This document shows, in pieces, positions 1-10,261 of a stretch of 64,000 nucleotides of DNA. The translations under genes were made by a program, and so were the position numbers. Origin of the DNA: Lingula anatina (lineage: Eukaryota; Animalia; Brachiopoda); the NCBI GenBank assembly GCA_051362555.1, contig CM120645.1, positions 9,300,001 through 9,364,000 of the forward strand, read 5' to 3'. How positions within the stretch are numbered: the stretch's first letter is position 1; every line of letters begins with the position of its first letter. Under the pieces are notes generated by a model. The model had not been told where the DNA came from. It did not search any database and saw only the letters and a list, made by a program, of their open reading frames with translations.

Positions 1-323
1 AAGTCTGATTGCACAAAGTTAAACAATTATTACACTGAGTTCTGTTTATTATCTTTACTCTTTAGACACATTTGTATCAGGAACAGTTGTATAAAATGAA
101 CATTCAGAAACAGTGTTCCACTTTTCTTTTATCGGAGCATGTCAGTATGTTTTTTGACTCATCAGTTGATATTGATTGAAGCAATGTTTTTGATTATCAA
201 GAAGCTCAAGAAATGCTCTTCTTTGATTTCTTATTTTACAATATGTGCAGTAGATTTAAAAAACATTCTCAACAATGCTTCATTTTGTGGGGAAAAAAAA
301 CAGCTAGACTGGCTTTTTAAATA

Positions 324-576
324 CCCCTGCAAAAATTTGTCTCATTTAACATTCACTTACAATTCTCAGTCTATTCTAGAACATTTGGTGTATTTTTTGT
401 ACAGGTCTAATGTTCTTCTGTAATGAATGAAATAGTTCGAGAACTGTTTTTGGGGAAGTCCTTCAGAATGTTCTAGAACAGGTTAAGAACATTGGTTATT
501 AAAAGAGAAAAATATTATGATCTAGGACAGATTGAGAACCAAAAGTGAGCATTAAATGAACAAATTTTCACAGGGG
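324..576. mobile_element. Non-autonomous DNA transposon (MITE) with CCC(C)TG termini, possibly EnSpm/CMC-like
   Basis: Imperfect ~35-bp TIRs: cccctgcaaaaatttgtctcatttaacattcactt (from 324) vs aagtgagcattaaatgaacaaattttcacagggg (to 576). Internal dispersed AGAACATT/AATGTTCT motifs. No clear TSD. Confidence 0.65.
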
Positions 577-617
577 AAGAAACAAAATAGTTGTTATATT
601 TTTGTTGTCACTTCCAG

Positions 618-1734
618 GTGGGAGTGTTCAGCCCCTCAGCCAGGAACCACTACTTAAACATCACCCCCAATAACCTGGTGAAGATCTACAGTGGCGGCAG
701 CGGTGGGACAGGGGAAGGAACAGACATTGGTGGTGGCAGCGGTGGGACAGGGGAAGGAACAGACACCGGTGGTGGTGGTGGTGGTAGTGGTGGTGAAAGT
801 GGCAATAGGATCAAACCGATTACTGTAGCCTGTGACCAGAGTCTGAAGGACATTGTGCAGTCAGGATTAAGTGTCCCTAGTGTGAGAAAGGTGGTACATG
901 GAGCAGCACCAAGAGGTGTGGGTCAGGTATCTACTCAGAGTAACCCTGCTCAAGGGGCACCTGTTACTAGAATTGGACTTGGTCAACAGAGGCAGACTAA
1001 TGACTGGTCAAAAAGTAATGGTCAACTGTCCAGAACACATCAGATAACCACTGGTCAAGGTTCGCCAGCCTTAAATAGGCAGTCACCATCTTCAAACATG
1101 CAAAGCAGACTAAGGCAGAGCAATAACTGGAGGACTAGAGTGTCTTTGACTCCAGGAACAACTAGCAATATCCAATCTCCTACCACAAACTTATCATCAC
1201 TCCAGGCGCCATCCATTGCATCAGCACATGTTGGACAAAAACAAAATCCTGCACCATCAAATGTGCAGGGCAGCCAGTTTAAAACTGTCAGAACTTTTCA
1301 ATCAGTTGATCCCAATTTGACCTCTGCTACAAATAAATCAGAGACGATGCCAGTGAACAGATCCTTGCCTGGTTTTGGTGCCAAAATGAATCAGGTGGCC
1401 AGTGCGCTGCCTGCGCAGAACACTCCCCCTGGACCAAGACAGCCCTTGCAGGGGACCACACTGAAGACATCTAGTGGTGGGAAATTTACCTTTAAAAAGA
1501 CCGCAGGAGGCACAGGGAGTCCTGGGGGAACTAACTTGTCACCTGGGTCGCTTCAGGGCCAATCTGTGTTTAGTGACAGTCAGAACTTGTCACCTTCATT
1601 GGTTCAGAGCCAAAAGACTGCGTGCAATAAAGGGGATTCGTTTTCTAACAAGATGGCTGCCAGCAAGGTTGTGGGAGTGCCCTGTGGTAAACCAGTTGGA
1701 CAGAAGACGGCCGAAGATTTATGGATGGAGGATG
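618..1734 (+). CDS. HROB: HROB / C17orf53 (MCM8IP) homolog, penultimate coding exon: end of OB-fold plus long low-complexity linker
   Basis: Acceptor cttccag|GTG at 618 and donor G|gtgagg after 1734. Translation begins VGVFSPSARNHYLNITPNNLVKIY, matching the HROB OB-fold C-terminal motif as I recall it (human IGVFSPSLRNHYLNVTPNNLVHIY). Upstream exons lie outside the window. Confidence 0.88.
691..796 (+). repeat. 39-bp coding tandem repeat (2 copies, GGSGGTGEGTD[I/T]G) followed by a (GGT)n poly-Gly tract
   Basis: gtgg[c/t]ggcagcggtgggacaggggaaggaacagaca occurs twice in tandem, then ggtggtggtggtggtggt. Confidence 0.9.
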
Positions 1735-1787
1735 GTGAGGCTATTTAATTAGATTTTTTTTACATGACCCCATTCAGGTAGACTAAT

Positions 1788-2734
1788 AGAGTCTTTTCCA
1801 CGGTCACGTGACTTCCGCTAAATTATCCGTGGGAACGCGAGATTTTGCGGGATTTGAAGTTTCAGGGGGAAAGTGTGGAGTGTACACGACGGACGCCATA
1901 TCGAGGAGTGCTCATTTCAATCTGAATTTTCAAAGTTTCGTAACATGTTAACACCTGATTTTTTTCGAAAACACATTCATGGGAGCAGTTGGATTAGAAA
2001 TTTAGCAGAAGTGCCTGATGACTTTTCAATGAAAGAACTAAAAACATACCTCATCGACAGCAAAGATAGGACATTCGGTACTTTTGTAGTATACCCCCCA
2101 CCCTGTAACTTCCTGAAACCTTCATTTTTCAAACATTTTTTTACAGTGTCTTTTGCACCTATGTCAAAGCTGTTGAAATAAAATGTTTTTGTAATTACCT
2201 GTGGTCTTTTTATTAGTTTTAATCACGTTTAATCCACCCCATCGAAATACAATGTGAAAATTTACAATGTAACCGCAGCTTGCTGCGTTTTCGTTGGCTA
2301 ACTCTACCTTATTTTATGTGAACATAGGATTGATACATTGTATACTTGGATTTCCTCTGTGAAATTATTATGAGCTACTTGTCCACATAAAATTACCTTA
2401 GGGTTAGCCAACGAAAATGCGGCAAGTTATTGACTGCGGGTGTAAATTGAAGATTCTAACTTTGTATTTCAATGGGCTGGATTAAACGTGATTAACACCA
2501 ATAAAAAATCCACAGGTAATTACAAAAGCATTTTATTTCAACAGCTTTGACATGGATAAACAATAAAATGTAAAAAACTGTTTGAAAAGTGAAAGTTACA
2601 GAAAGTTACAGGGTGAGGGGGGGGGGGTATACTACAAAAGTACCGAAGGCCCCTTCTACTCTTTCCCCCTGAGAAACAGTCCCGCACAAAATGGCGCGAA
2701 CTGCGCATGCTCACGATTTCGTGGAAAAGACTCT
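1788..2734 (+). mobile_element. Internally deleted ISL2EU-like DNA transposon with AT TSD (middle layer)
   Basis: Perfect inverted match aatagagtcttttccacg (1785-1802) / cgtggaaaagactctatt (2720-2737), read as an AT TSD plus AGAG... termini. The internal peptide SWIRNLAEVPDDFSMKELKTYLIDSKDRTF resembles the N-terminus of the SWIM/YqaJ-type accessory ORF of ISL2EU/Kolobok-type elements. The superfamily call is inference. Confidence 0.65.
2074..2647. mobile_element. Long foldback MITE (~250-bp imperfect arms), innermost layer
   Basis: ttcggtacttttgtagtatacccccc / ggggggtatactacaaaagtaccgaa at the ends. Further arm matches: tgtcaaagctgttgaaataaaatg / cattttatttcaacagctttgaca and ttttcgttggctaac / gttagccaacgaaaa. 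Confidence 0.85.
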
Positions 2735-3076
2735 ATTGTACTAGTTGGGTTAATCCAACTCTACAGAGGATTCTCGCTAAATGCCATTAGTGGAATCAGC
2801 TTAATATTTGTCTGACATGCCTCTTCCAGCAGCTATAGGGTAATTAACCCAGATAGAATTATTCTCTAGCTACTTCAGGAGGCTTGTCATTCAGTCAACC
2901 CAGTTGCATTAAGCGAGAGACCTCTCAGAGTTGGACCACTCCAACTATTACAACGTGTCTATCTGAATGCTCCCTATGACTGAATATTTTTAGTCATCCA
3001 ATAGATATGAATGAAGAATACGGATATAATCAGATACGGAAACTTACTTTAGCAGCTGACCGAAGTTGCACAATCT

Positions 3077-3170
3077 ACCTGAGACCTTTCACTAGTTAAA
3101 TGACCTGCATGGATTGGTCACCTTATGGGGTACTGAAGACTATTCATTACCTGGGGAAAGGTCTCAGGTT
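3077..3170. repeat. Short degenerate inverted repeat (probable MITE remnant)
   Basis: acctgagacctttc ... gaaaggtctcaggt. Confidence 0.5.
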
Positions 3171-3261
3171 GGGACCTCAACGTTAATGTATGTTTCAGTA
3201 TGAGAGTTATTCATAAGCCTAGTTTGAAGTATATGTTAATGTGGATTAAGATTCAAATACT

Positions 3262-3412
3262 ATTTGGAAAATGCAATTTGAACATACATTTGACCAACTG
3301 CAAGAAATTTGTTTCAGAAAAGTGAGACCTTAAATACATATATCGGTCTTACTTTTCTGAAACGAATTTCTTGCATTTGGTCAAATGTATGTTCAAATTG
3401 CATTTTCCAAAT
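3262..3412. repeat. Near-perfect hairpin, ~68-bp arms with ~15-nt loop
   Basis: atttggaaaatgcaatttgaacatacatttgacca...cagaaaagtgagacc / ggtcttacttttctg...tggtcaaatgtatgttcaaattgcattttccaaat, about 3 mismatches. Confidence 0.92.
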
Positions 3413-4078
3413 TATTATTATTATTGTCTGACTGGTAGAACGACAATTTCAGCTTGTCTGTTGCCACCTCCTTTGATACAGACTGGTATTGTAGAAAAAA
3501 AAATGGAAAAAGAAATCCTTTTACTTCCTCACAGGAATGCTTTTAACTCATCACTTGATGATGCAATTGCTGAATAAGGTTATGCTTGTAACCATTCTAC
3601 AGTCACATTCTCTTTGTGTAAAGGGAATTTTGTTGAAATACAGAAGATTGCGTGCAATTTTGAGATAAGATTTTCATGTTGAAGTGGGAATGTTTGGGAA
3701 TCTTACAGTGCTGTGATTGCATGTAAGATTACAACGCCAGGGATCTGACTTATGCCATTCCACTGCTTAATCAATACTTTACTGTGATTCTTACAATCTA
3801 AACACTGATGCCAATTAAAAAAAAAAATAATAATCGGATATTGCATTCAGTTTTGACAGTTTTTGTATGCCATTGAAAGTAATCAAGAGTAATATCATCT
3901 CTGCTGATAACCCAGTTTAATTCAGCCCTTGACTACATTCAGGTTTTAGCATAGATTTACCTGATCGGATCTGACCCGCGTTGATTTTTTCATAAATGTG
4001 ATCCACTATAGATAAAAGATGTTTTCAATATCCAGCACATTTCTTTTCAGGAGGCATAGAATATAATTCTCTTTTCAG

Positions 4079-4104
4079 ACAAATTGGATGGGCTGCCTTT
4101 ATGA
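4079..4104 (+). CDS. HROB: Putative alternative (duplicated) terminal coding exon of HROB, (D)KLDGLPL*
   Basis: tcttttcag|acaaattggatg is a near copy of the acceptor and exon start at 4161 (tcttttcag|acaacttggatg), in the same phase. Usage is unproven. Confidence 0.35.
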
Positions 4105-4160
4105 AGTAACAAACTTGATATGCCATGTTGTTTCAGTTTTCATTTTATTTTTCTTTTCAG

Positions 4161-4207
4161 ACAACTTGGATGAATTGTTGTGTGGGCTAGGTGATGACAA
4201 CTTCTGA
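4161..4207 (+). CDS. HROB: HROB terminal coding exon, (D)NLDELLCGLGDDNF*
   Basis: Strong polypyrimidine acceptor ttttatttttcttttcag, phase-compatible with the 1734 donor (G+AC=Asp). The peptide resembles the acidic HROB C-terminus (human DDLDGLLSELPEDFF, from memory). AATAAA occurs downstream at about 4665 and 5544. Confidence 0.78.
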
Positions 4208-6287
4208 TTCTCCAGACTGACATATCCTGTGTCATCGTGTTGATGCCATTCCTGTTAAACAGAGATTAATTGTTGTCCAACGCTTCTTCATATCCTGAAA
4301 TAACCTGTATTGAAAATGTTGACAGAATGAGAGAAAAGCATGCAGTATCGACGCCTTCATTTCAGTTTCCAGAAACTGTATCACAAATAGAGGAAGTACA
4401 ATACGATGCTACTATCTTTTTACACGGTGATAGGATAATTGACCAGCATTCTATGTGCCTGCGTCAGTAGTTATGAAGTGCCATAGATCTTTGACCTGAG
4501 GGGGATGACCTTTTGAAGGTGTGCCTATAATTAAATGGTGTTTTTTTAGTGCGAATGCTATCGGAACTTCTCACTTATTCCTATAAACGTCTGTTAAATG
4601 GTCAGCAGCAGGCAAGATATTGAAAAAGGTGAAGGAGTGTTAATAAATTCCTCCCGTGTTTGAAAATAAATGGTGCAATTTGACACTTGTTCCTGAGGGT
4701 GTTAGCGTGATTCTTTTCTTCTCTTGGAATCTGTCTAGGCTATTAGAAATATTGGAGAATTGAAAATATTTTGAAATTAAGTAGTTAGGCTCATGTGCCC
4801 GAAAAGATAAGACTGCAAAGTTGATCGTTTGCATGATGAGCATTTGAACTGGAACTTTCTTGAAACATGCATCAATTGGTGTGTGCATGGGGATGCCATG
4901 TAAAATCTCAGCAACGTAGAAAACTTATCTTGTCATTACTCTACACCAGAGAGCATCTGGCTTCCGAATTTCTGTGCAAAATTTCTCACAGTACAGGCAC
5001 ATGCAAAATCTGCCAGAGACATAATGTGTGAATATATTCCTGATGCCCTGATGGAGGGTATCTTGTAAACTGAGACTAGTGTACCAGTTAGGGAGATAGC
5101 TCTCGTGTTCAAGGCCTGTAAGGTGAGGCTCACACCTTAATTTCAAACAGGTGCTTTAGTCGGGTGCTGGATCAGTGGTTGAAAGATTACTGAAAATGAA
5201 AACGATTGGTTTTCAAAAACGTACATACAGTACAGATCTAGATATAATATGTAACATAGAATGTGCAAAAAATAGCATGTTGACGCTATCAAATTTATGG
5301 TGCTTAGAAAGAGAGATCATAATTAAAACTGAATAGTTAAATTCTGATGTAAAAGTGTGTTTTTCTGATGGATTTGTCAGTTTTATTTCTTGCATAAGTC
5401 ATTCCTCGTGGCTTTAAAGTCGGATTGGCATCACTACTTTGTCGGTAACCTCACAAGGAAAGAAAGTCGAAAGGGGGGAGGGCATTCACTCTGTGTACCG
5501 CTATACAGAGACTTGGAAGACTCGATATGGATTGTCGACTGAAAATAAATGCTTTTACATATCTGATCATATTTTATGGGGCGTTACCGAAAGACCCATG
5601 TGACAGAAACACCACCCTACTACGCTGCAGACAGATTTCTCCCGCGGAGGGGCGTAGCGCTGTGGGAAGCTTGAAATTTTAGTCGTTACGTCACTGCCAA
5701 TACTACCTTCTCATGAACACTTCCCGGCTTTCTGCAAAAACACGAAATGTGGAGAAGTTGTTCCACAAATATCTGCATTAAGGAAACTGCACTTTCGCTT
5801 CATTAAACAACCCATCTCGAGAATCTTGCTTTTCTGCCTCTTAGCTGACACACCCCATAAAGCCGTCGCACCGCCGGAAAGTGTTCAGACAACGCGATGA
5901 TCGAATTACCGCAAAAATGGATGAGGCAGCACGCTTATGAAGCCGTCACAGTGGAAAGGGTTTTGTGACAAAATGCTGGAATCGGAGAAGTGAGCCTATG
6001 TAACAAAAAATTGAGCTTTTCTTGCATAACACTCGTAATATTTGTCTTATTTTTTAAAGTCATGTACTTTAAGCCTTTTATTGCATTTGTTTCGCACTTT
6101 ATTTTTTTTAATTTTAATTTAATTTTATTTGATTATTTATATCATTATTTTTTATTCTACTTTAATTTGAATTTCAATTTGTTATAATTACAAAGATACA
6201 CATACAGCCGCCGAATTTTCTGTTGCCCAACTAATCACTGATGACACATGGTGTGGATAACACACAATTAAAGGAAAAGATTCTGTG

Positions 6288-6417
6288 AATGAGCCCCTAA
6301 TATACCCTCCTATTACAATTAAGCCTTGTGTTAATGAGACCCTAATATACCCTCCTATTACAATTAAGCCTTGTGTTAATGAGCCCCTAATATACCCTCC
6401 TGTTACAATTAAGCCTG
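6288..6417. repeat. 45-bp minisatellite, ~3 copies
   Basis: Unit aatgagcccctaatataccctcctattacaattaagccttgtgtt repeated head-to-tail with 1-2 substitutions. Confidence 0.93.
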
Positions 6418-7089
6418 GCGAGATGCTCCACCGAGAAGTGCGATTAATCAGGGGTTTCCTAGAAAGACGTCTCTGTAATAAAAGTAAACCGACTCTCGGG
6501 GTCATCTGGAGAACGCTAGAGGTGGGAGAAAGAAAATATTACTTAATTTCCTCGACGTCACCGCCCTGATTGATTTAGGGCGGGTTTACACACAGCCCGA
6601 ATGGATCACACCCGAGACAACCCAGATAGCTGAGGCACCACTGTGTAAAAATTATTCGGCTATGATGCAGGACTCGTCAATCTGATGAAAGTAATAAAAT
6701 TCAAAGATGCGTAAACAGAAAAAAAGTGCTTTGATGTTCAAGTGAAAACCAATTTGTATGTGATTAAATTGTTTCATGGCTTCTCTCTTTCTACGACATG
6801 CAGTCACTGTGTCCCGTTGAAGCCCGAAATGAAGTAGCTTGCTTTCAGTTGGTACCTTGGTCGAGCCTGTTTCTCTTTAGTAAACATGCCAAGGGGATGT
6901 ACAGAAGACGTAATCAACTGCACTTCTAGCAGGTAATCATATTGGGGCCGTGTACCGAATTTTTGTGTTATTAATGCAATCAGCAAATTTTCCGGTCGTC
7001 TTCCTTAATATTTGTCATCGTTTGTAGTTGAAAACGCAGAATTATCGTTACGTTATACGTTTTAAGATCGCTTTTTGTCTGGCTGCTTG

Positions 7090-7120
<31 letters not shown>

Positions 7121-7906
7121 CTTAATTGGTGTACAAATACAAATTTTACATACTTTTAGGATAAATGAAGAATCTATCTACGAAGAACAAAGAATGATTT
7201 AAATGTGGTTAGAAATATCGTGTGCAGCACCTGAAATATTCGTATTGTATGATTCAATATCAAGAATTCGGCGGTGGAAAGCATTTAGGCGTGTGTTCGT
7301 TTTTCGCTAGTGTTTCAACGTTGTGCGGAATTGTCGCTTCTGAAAGAGGATAATTTGAGGAATATTTGTGACTGATTTCAATGAATCACCTCACGCTATA
7401 CTGTTGGCTTCAAAACCTGCAGAAAAACGAACTGCTCAACTATGTACAATGTCCCGACGTCTATACCCTGTGATTTTTCCCAATCTGTTACTGGACAGAA
7501 AGTATAGCCTAGAATGGCACGAATAATAACGCATTGTGGTTATTAAGGCATAAATAAAACGAAGAGCACACCCCAATTTATAGTAGACAAATTGGTATAA
7601 TAACATTTCAGTAAAAAAGAATGTACACATGGAAATTAACCCCTCGTTCCATAACATATTCACACATCATTGGATTACGGAGTCGTAATTCTCAGCAAGG
7701 GTCGAACAGCAAGTTATCGAACAGGGTGATCTGCTCTTTCCCTTGAATCGAGACTTGCAAGAGACTGCCAAGTATTTTATACACGATTCTGTCTATCCAG
7801 CCATCCATCTTTCTATTTAATTTTATTTTTATCCTGTTATGCTTAGATTTCTTCCGCTAAAGGCTTTTTAAATTTACCAGTTATGCATTTTTGAACATGC
7901 AGTGTA

Positions 7907-7947
7907 TCTCTCTCTCTCTCTCTCTCTCTCTCCCCCTCTCTCTCTCT
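7907..7947. repeat. (CT)n microsatellite
   Basis: Direct inspection. Confidence 0.95.
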
Positions 7948-9490
7948 TTCTGGAGTTGTTTTGTTTAGACTGTCTATTTGTTCGTCTGTTCCCCACATCT
8001 AATAATGATAGATCAAGCACGTAACATTCATGTGCTTGGGTCCCAGATGAAGACATTGATAACTAATCTGTGTTTGGTTCGACTTGAATAAAAAAAAAGA
8101 TATATAGATATACAACCGTTCTTGCCTGCGACGAAAGTACAAATATGAATGATAAATGAATTGAAGAATGATGCAAGGCACGGATTTAATCTAAGCATGT
8201 CGGCGAATTGTTTCTAGCATCTCTTGGGACGTGATCTACAGAGGTGATTACAGTTTATTAGGACACGAAAAGAAAAAAATGACAAAAGTACAGGATAATT
8301 TTGATCTGTGCAACTCTCTGCTAGCTATAGTAACAGTTGTGGCTGTTTTGTAATAATATTTTGACGAGATTTGCCCTTCAGAAAGGTGAATGTTGTCTAC
8401 AGAAGAAGTTTTATTATCACAACAACAAGCGCTGTGTATGTAGGAAACATTCATCTTTATTGAGAACTTGTAACTGAAGTGATCAACGTTGATGTAGATG
8501 CTGTTAAGAAAGAATGTACATGTAGGTCGAGACAGACGCTGTTTAGGGTTACAATTGTACTTTAAAAGTCCGTGCTTTGCCAAACTAGTTATAGACTGAG
8601 CACGGTAAAAAAAACAACTTTAAATTTTGGAGATATGATGTAACGTCTTGACTTTGATTTGTCGTTTACTGTAAAAAGCAGCTTAATGTTAACATTATCA
8701 AATTTCAATTGGTTGATCATCCATTGTATTAGTCAAATTTGTCTTTGAGGATAGTGTCGCTTTCTGGCTCGGCCTTTGGGAAGGTTGTAGGACTGGTTGT
8801 AATCCTCCACTTCCAGTTTGTAAAGCAAAGTTCCATATGATCACTACAGAGTGCTGTTAACGTTTTAAACAATCATTTGCAAAGAACACGCACACGCAAA
8901 GCAAGAACTACATGTACAACTCTTTGCACAAAGCAAAGAGACGGAAAGGAGTTATCTTTCGAAAAAGGAGAAGATGGTTTGTTTAAGAACAAAACATTTT
9001 ATTAAAATTGGCCTTCGTAGTTAATGAGTAACAATGTTACAAAATCTGTCGGAGAGATAATCCCCAAGCTGTAGGAATGGTGGCTTTGTTTGTTATACTA
9101 TTTTTATACAAATACAGAAAATCAGACTAATAAACTTCATCATTAAGAGGAACTTGGTAAGCCCGGTACAAGGTTCAAATTTAGTAAGAATAATTAATCG
9201 TCTTTACACGCTTGCAGCCTACACAATGCACGTGCTCTAAGCTGCTTTTTCTACCTTTTATTCTTGCTTAATAAAGGTTATAGCGAGAAATAAAGGTCGG
9301 CGGACTTTAGTCACGAAGAGACGGAAAGATGGTTTGGATATTGTATAACATATGACGTGGGCGAAATGACGTGATAACAGAAATGCCAAATTATTAACCG
9401 TCAGCATGACGAGTTAATTTCTATACGTGCGTCACTACGCATCGTGACTACACATTGTGCATGTTGAAAGTGTTCACCATTTCAGTAAAT

Positions 9491-10171
9491 CATCATCATC
9501 ATCATCATCATTTAGAGCCTATAGTGTTCCACTGTTGAACAAAGGCCTCAGCATGCTTTTTCCATTGTTTCCTATCCTGAGCCTCGGATTTCCAGTTTGG
9601 CCAAGGTTTCTTCTTCCAAGACTTCCTGTAGTCATCTAATTCATCCCTCCATCGTTTGACCGGCCTTCCTCTTTTTCTTTGTCCATACCTTGGGGTCTAT
9701 TCTGTAAGCCTGATTGTCCACCTATTGTCCTTCATTCTTTTGACATGTCCTGCCCATCTCCATTTCGTTTCTTTAACTGTGAGCAGTACGTCCTTAACTT
9801 TGGTCTGTTCACGTAACCATACATTCGTTTTCCGCTCTCTTGGACTGATGTTCAACATAATTCTTTCCATCTTTCTCTGAGCTACTTGTAGCTTGTGTTC
9901 CATGGAGGCATTCAGTGCCCAGGTCTCTGAACCATAGGTGATTGCCGGCAGCACACAAGCATTGAACACTTTCTTTTTCAGGCAGGTAGGAAGGTTGCTC
10001 TTGAAGATGTCATTGTGCTTCCCATAGGCTGCCCATCCTGCTTTTATCCTTCGTTGGATTTCTTTCTCCAGTGTTCGATCACTAAGGCTGAACCGTTGCC
10101 CAAGGTATATATACTCTTCTACTGCTTCTATCTCTTTGGTGTTGACCTTCACTGTGCAAGGGGTGGTTAGT
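9491..10171 (-). mobile_element. 5'-truncated RTE-clade LINE retrotransposon (C-terminal RT/thumb region, 3' end) with 11-bp TSD
   Basis: Translation has VEEYIYLGQ, EIQRRIKAGWAAY, KVFNACVLPAITYGSETW and KWRWAGHV, typical of RTE ORF2. (GAT)n tail at about 9490-9511. TSD tttcagtaaat at 9480-9490 and 10172-10182. Premature TAG at 9697-9699 where Trp is expected. Confidence 0.93.
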
Positions 10172-10209
10172 TTTCAGTAAATTACCTTTTTAATTTCAGA
10201 CATGCAGGT

Positions 10210-10261
10210 ACACACACACACACACGCACACACACGAGAGAGAGAGAGAGAGAGAGAGAGA
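10210..10261. repeat. Compound (CA)n(GA)n microsatellite
   Basis: Direct inspection. Confidence 0.95.

Larger units (their letters stand above)
1766..2974. mobile_element. PIF/Harbinger-like palindromic MITE interrupted by a younger insertion (outer layer of nest)
   Basis: Left end gaccccattcaggtagac vs right end gtctatctgaatgctccc (reverse complement gggagcattcagatagac). Internal arms gaggattctcgctaaatgc / gcattaagcgagagacctc. The body resembles the MITE at 38105-38364. Confidence 0.65.

Noticed and set aside
591-617. N-terminal MLYFCCHFQ of the listed 385-aa ORF
   Set aside because: Intronic polypyrimidine tract ending in cag; the TTG start is an ORF-finder artefact.
6188-6569. ORFs with repeated NEPLIYPPITIKPCV and a CRISPR-like appearance
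   Set aside because: Head-to-tail 45-bp minisatellite with no unique spacers and no cas genes; the context is eukaryotic.
6880-6931. Possible small plus-strand exon (ag|taaacATGccaagg...cag|gtaatc)
   Set aside because: The peptide is unrecognisable and no further exons were found; such splice-like matches are common by chance.
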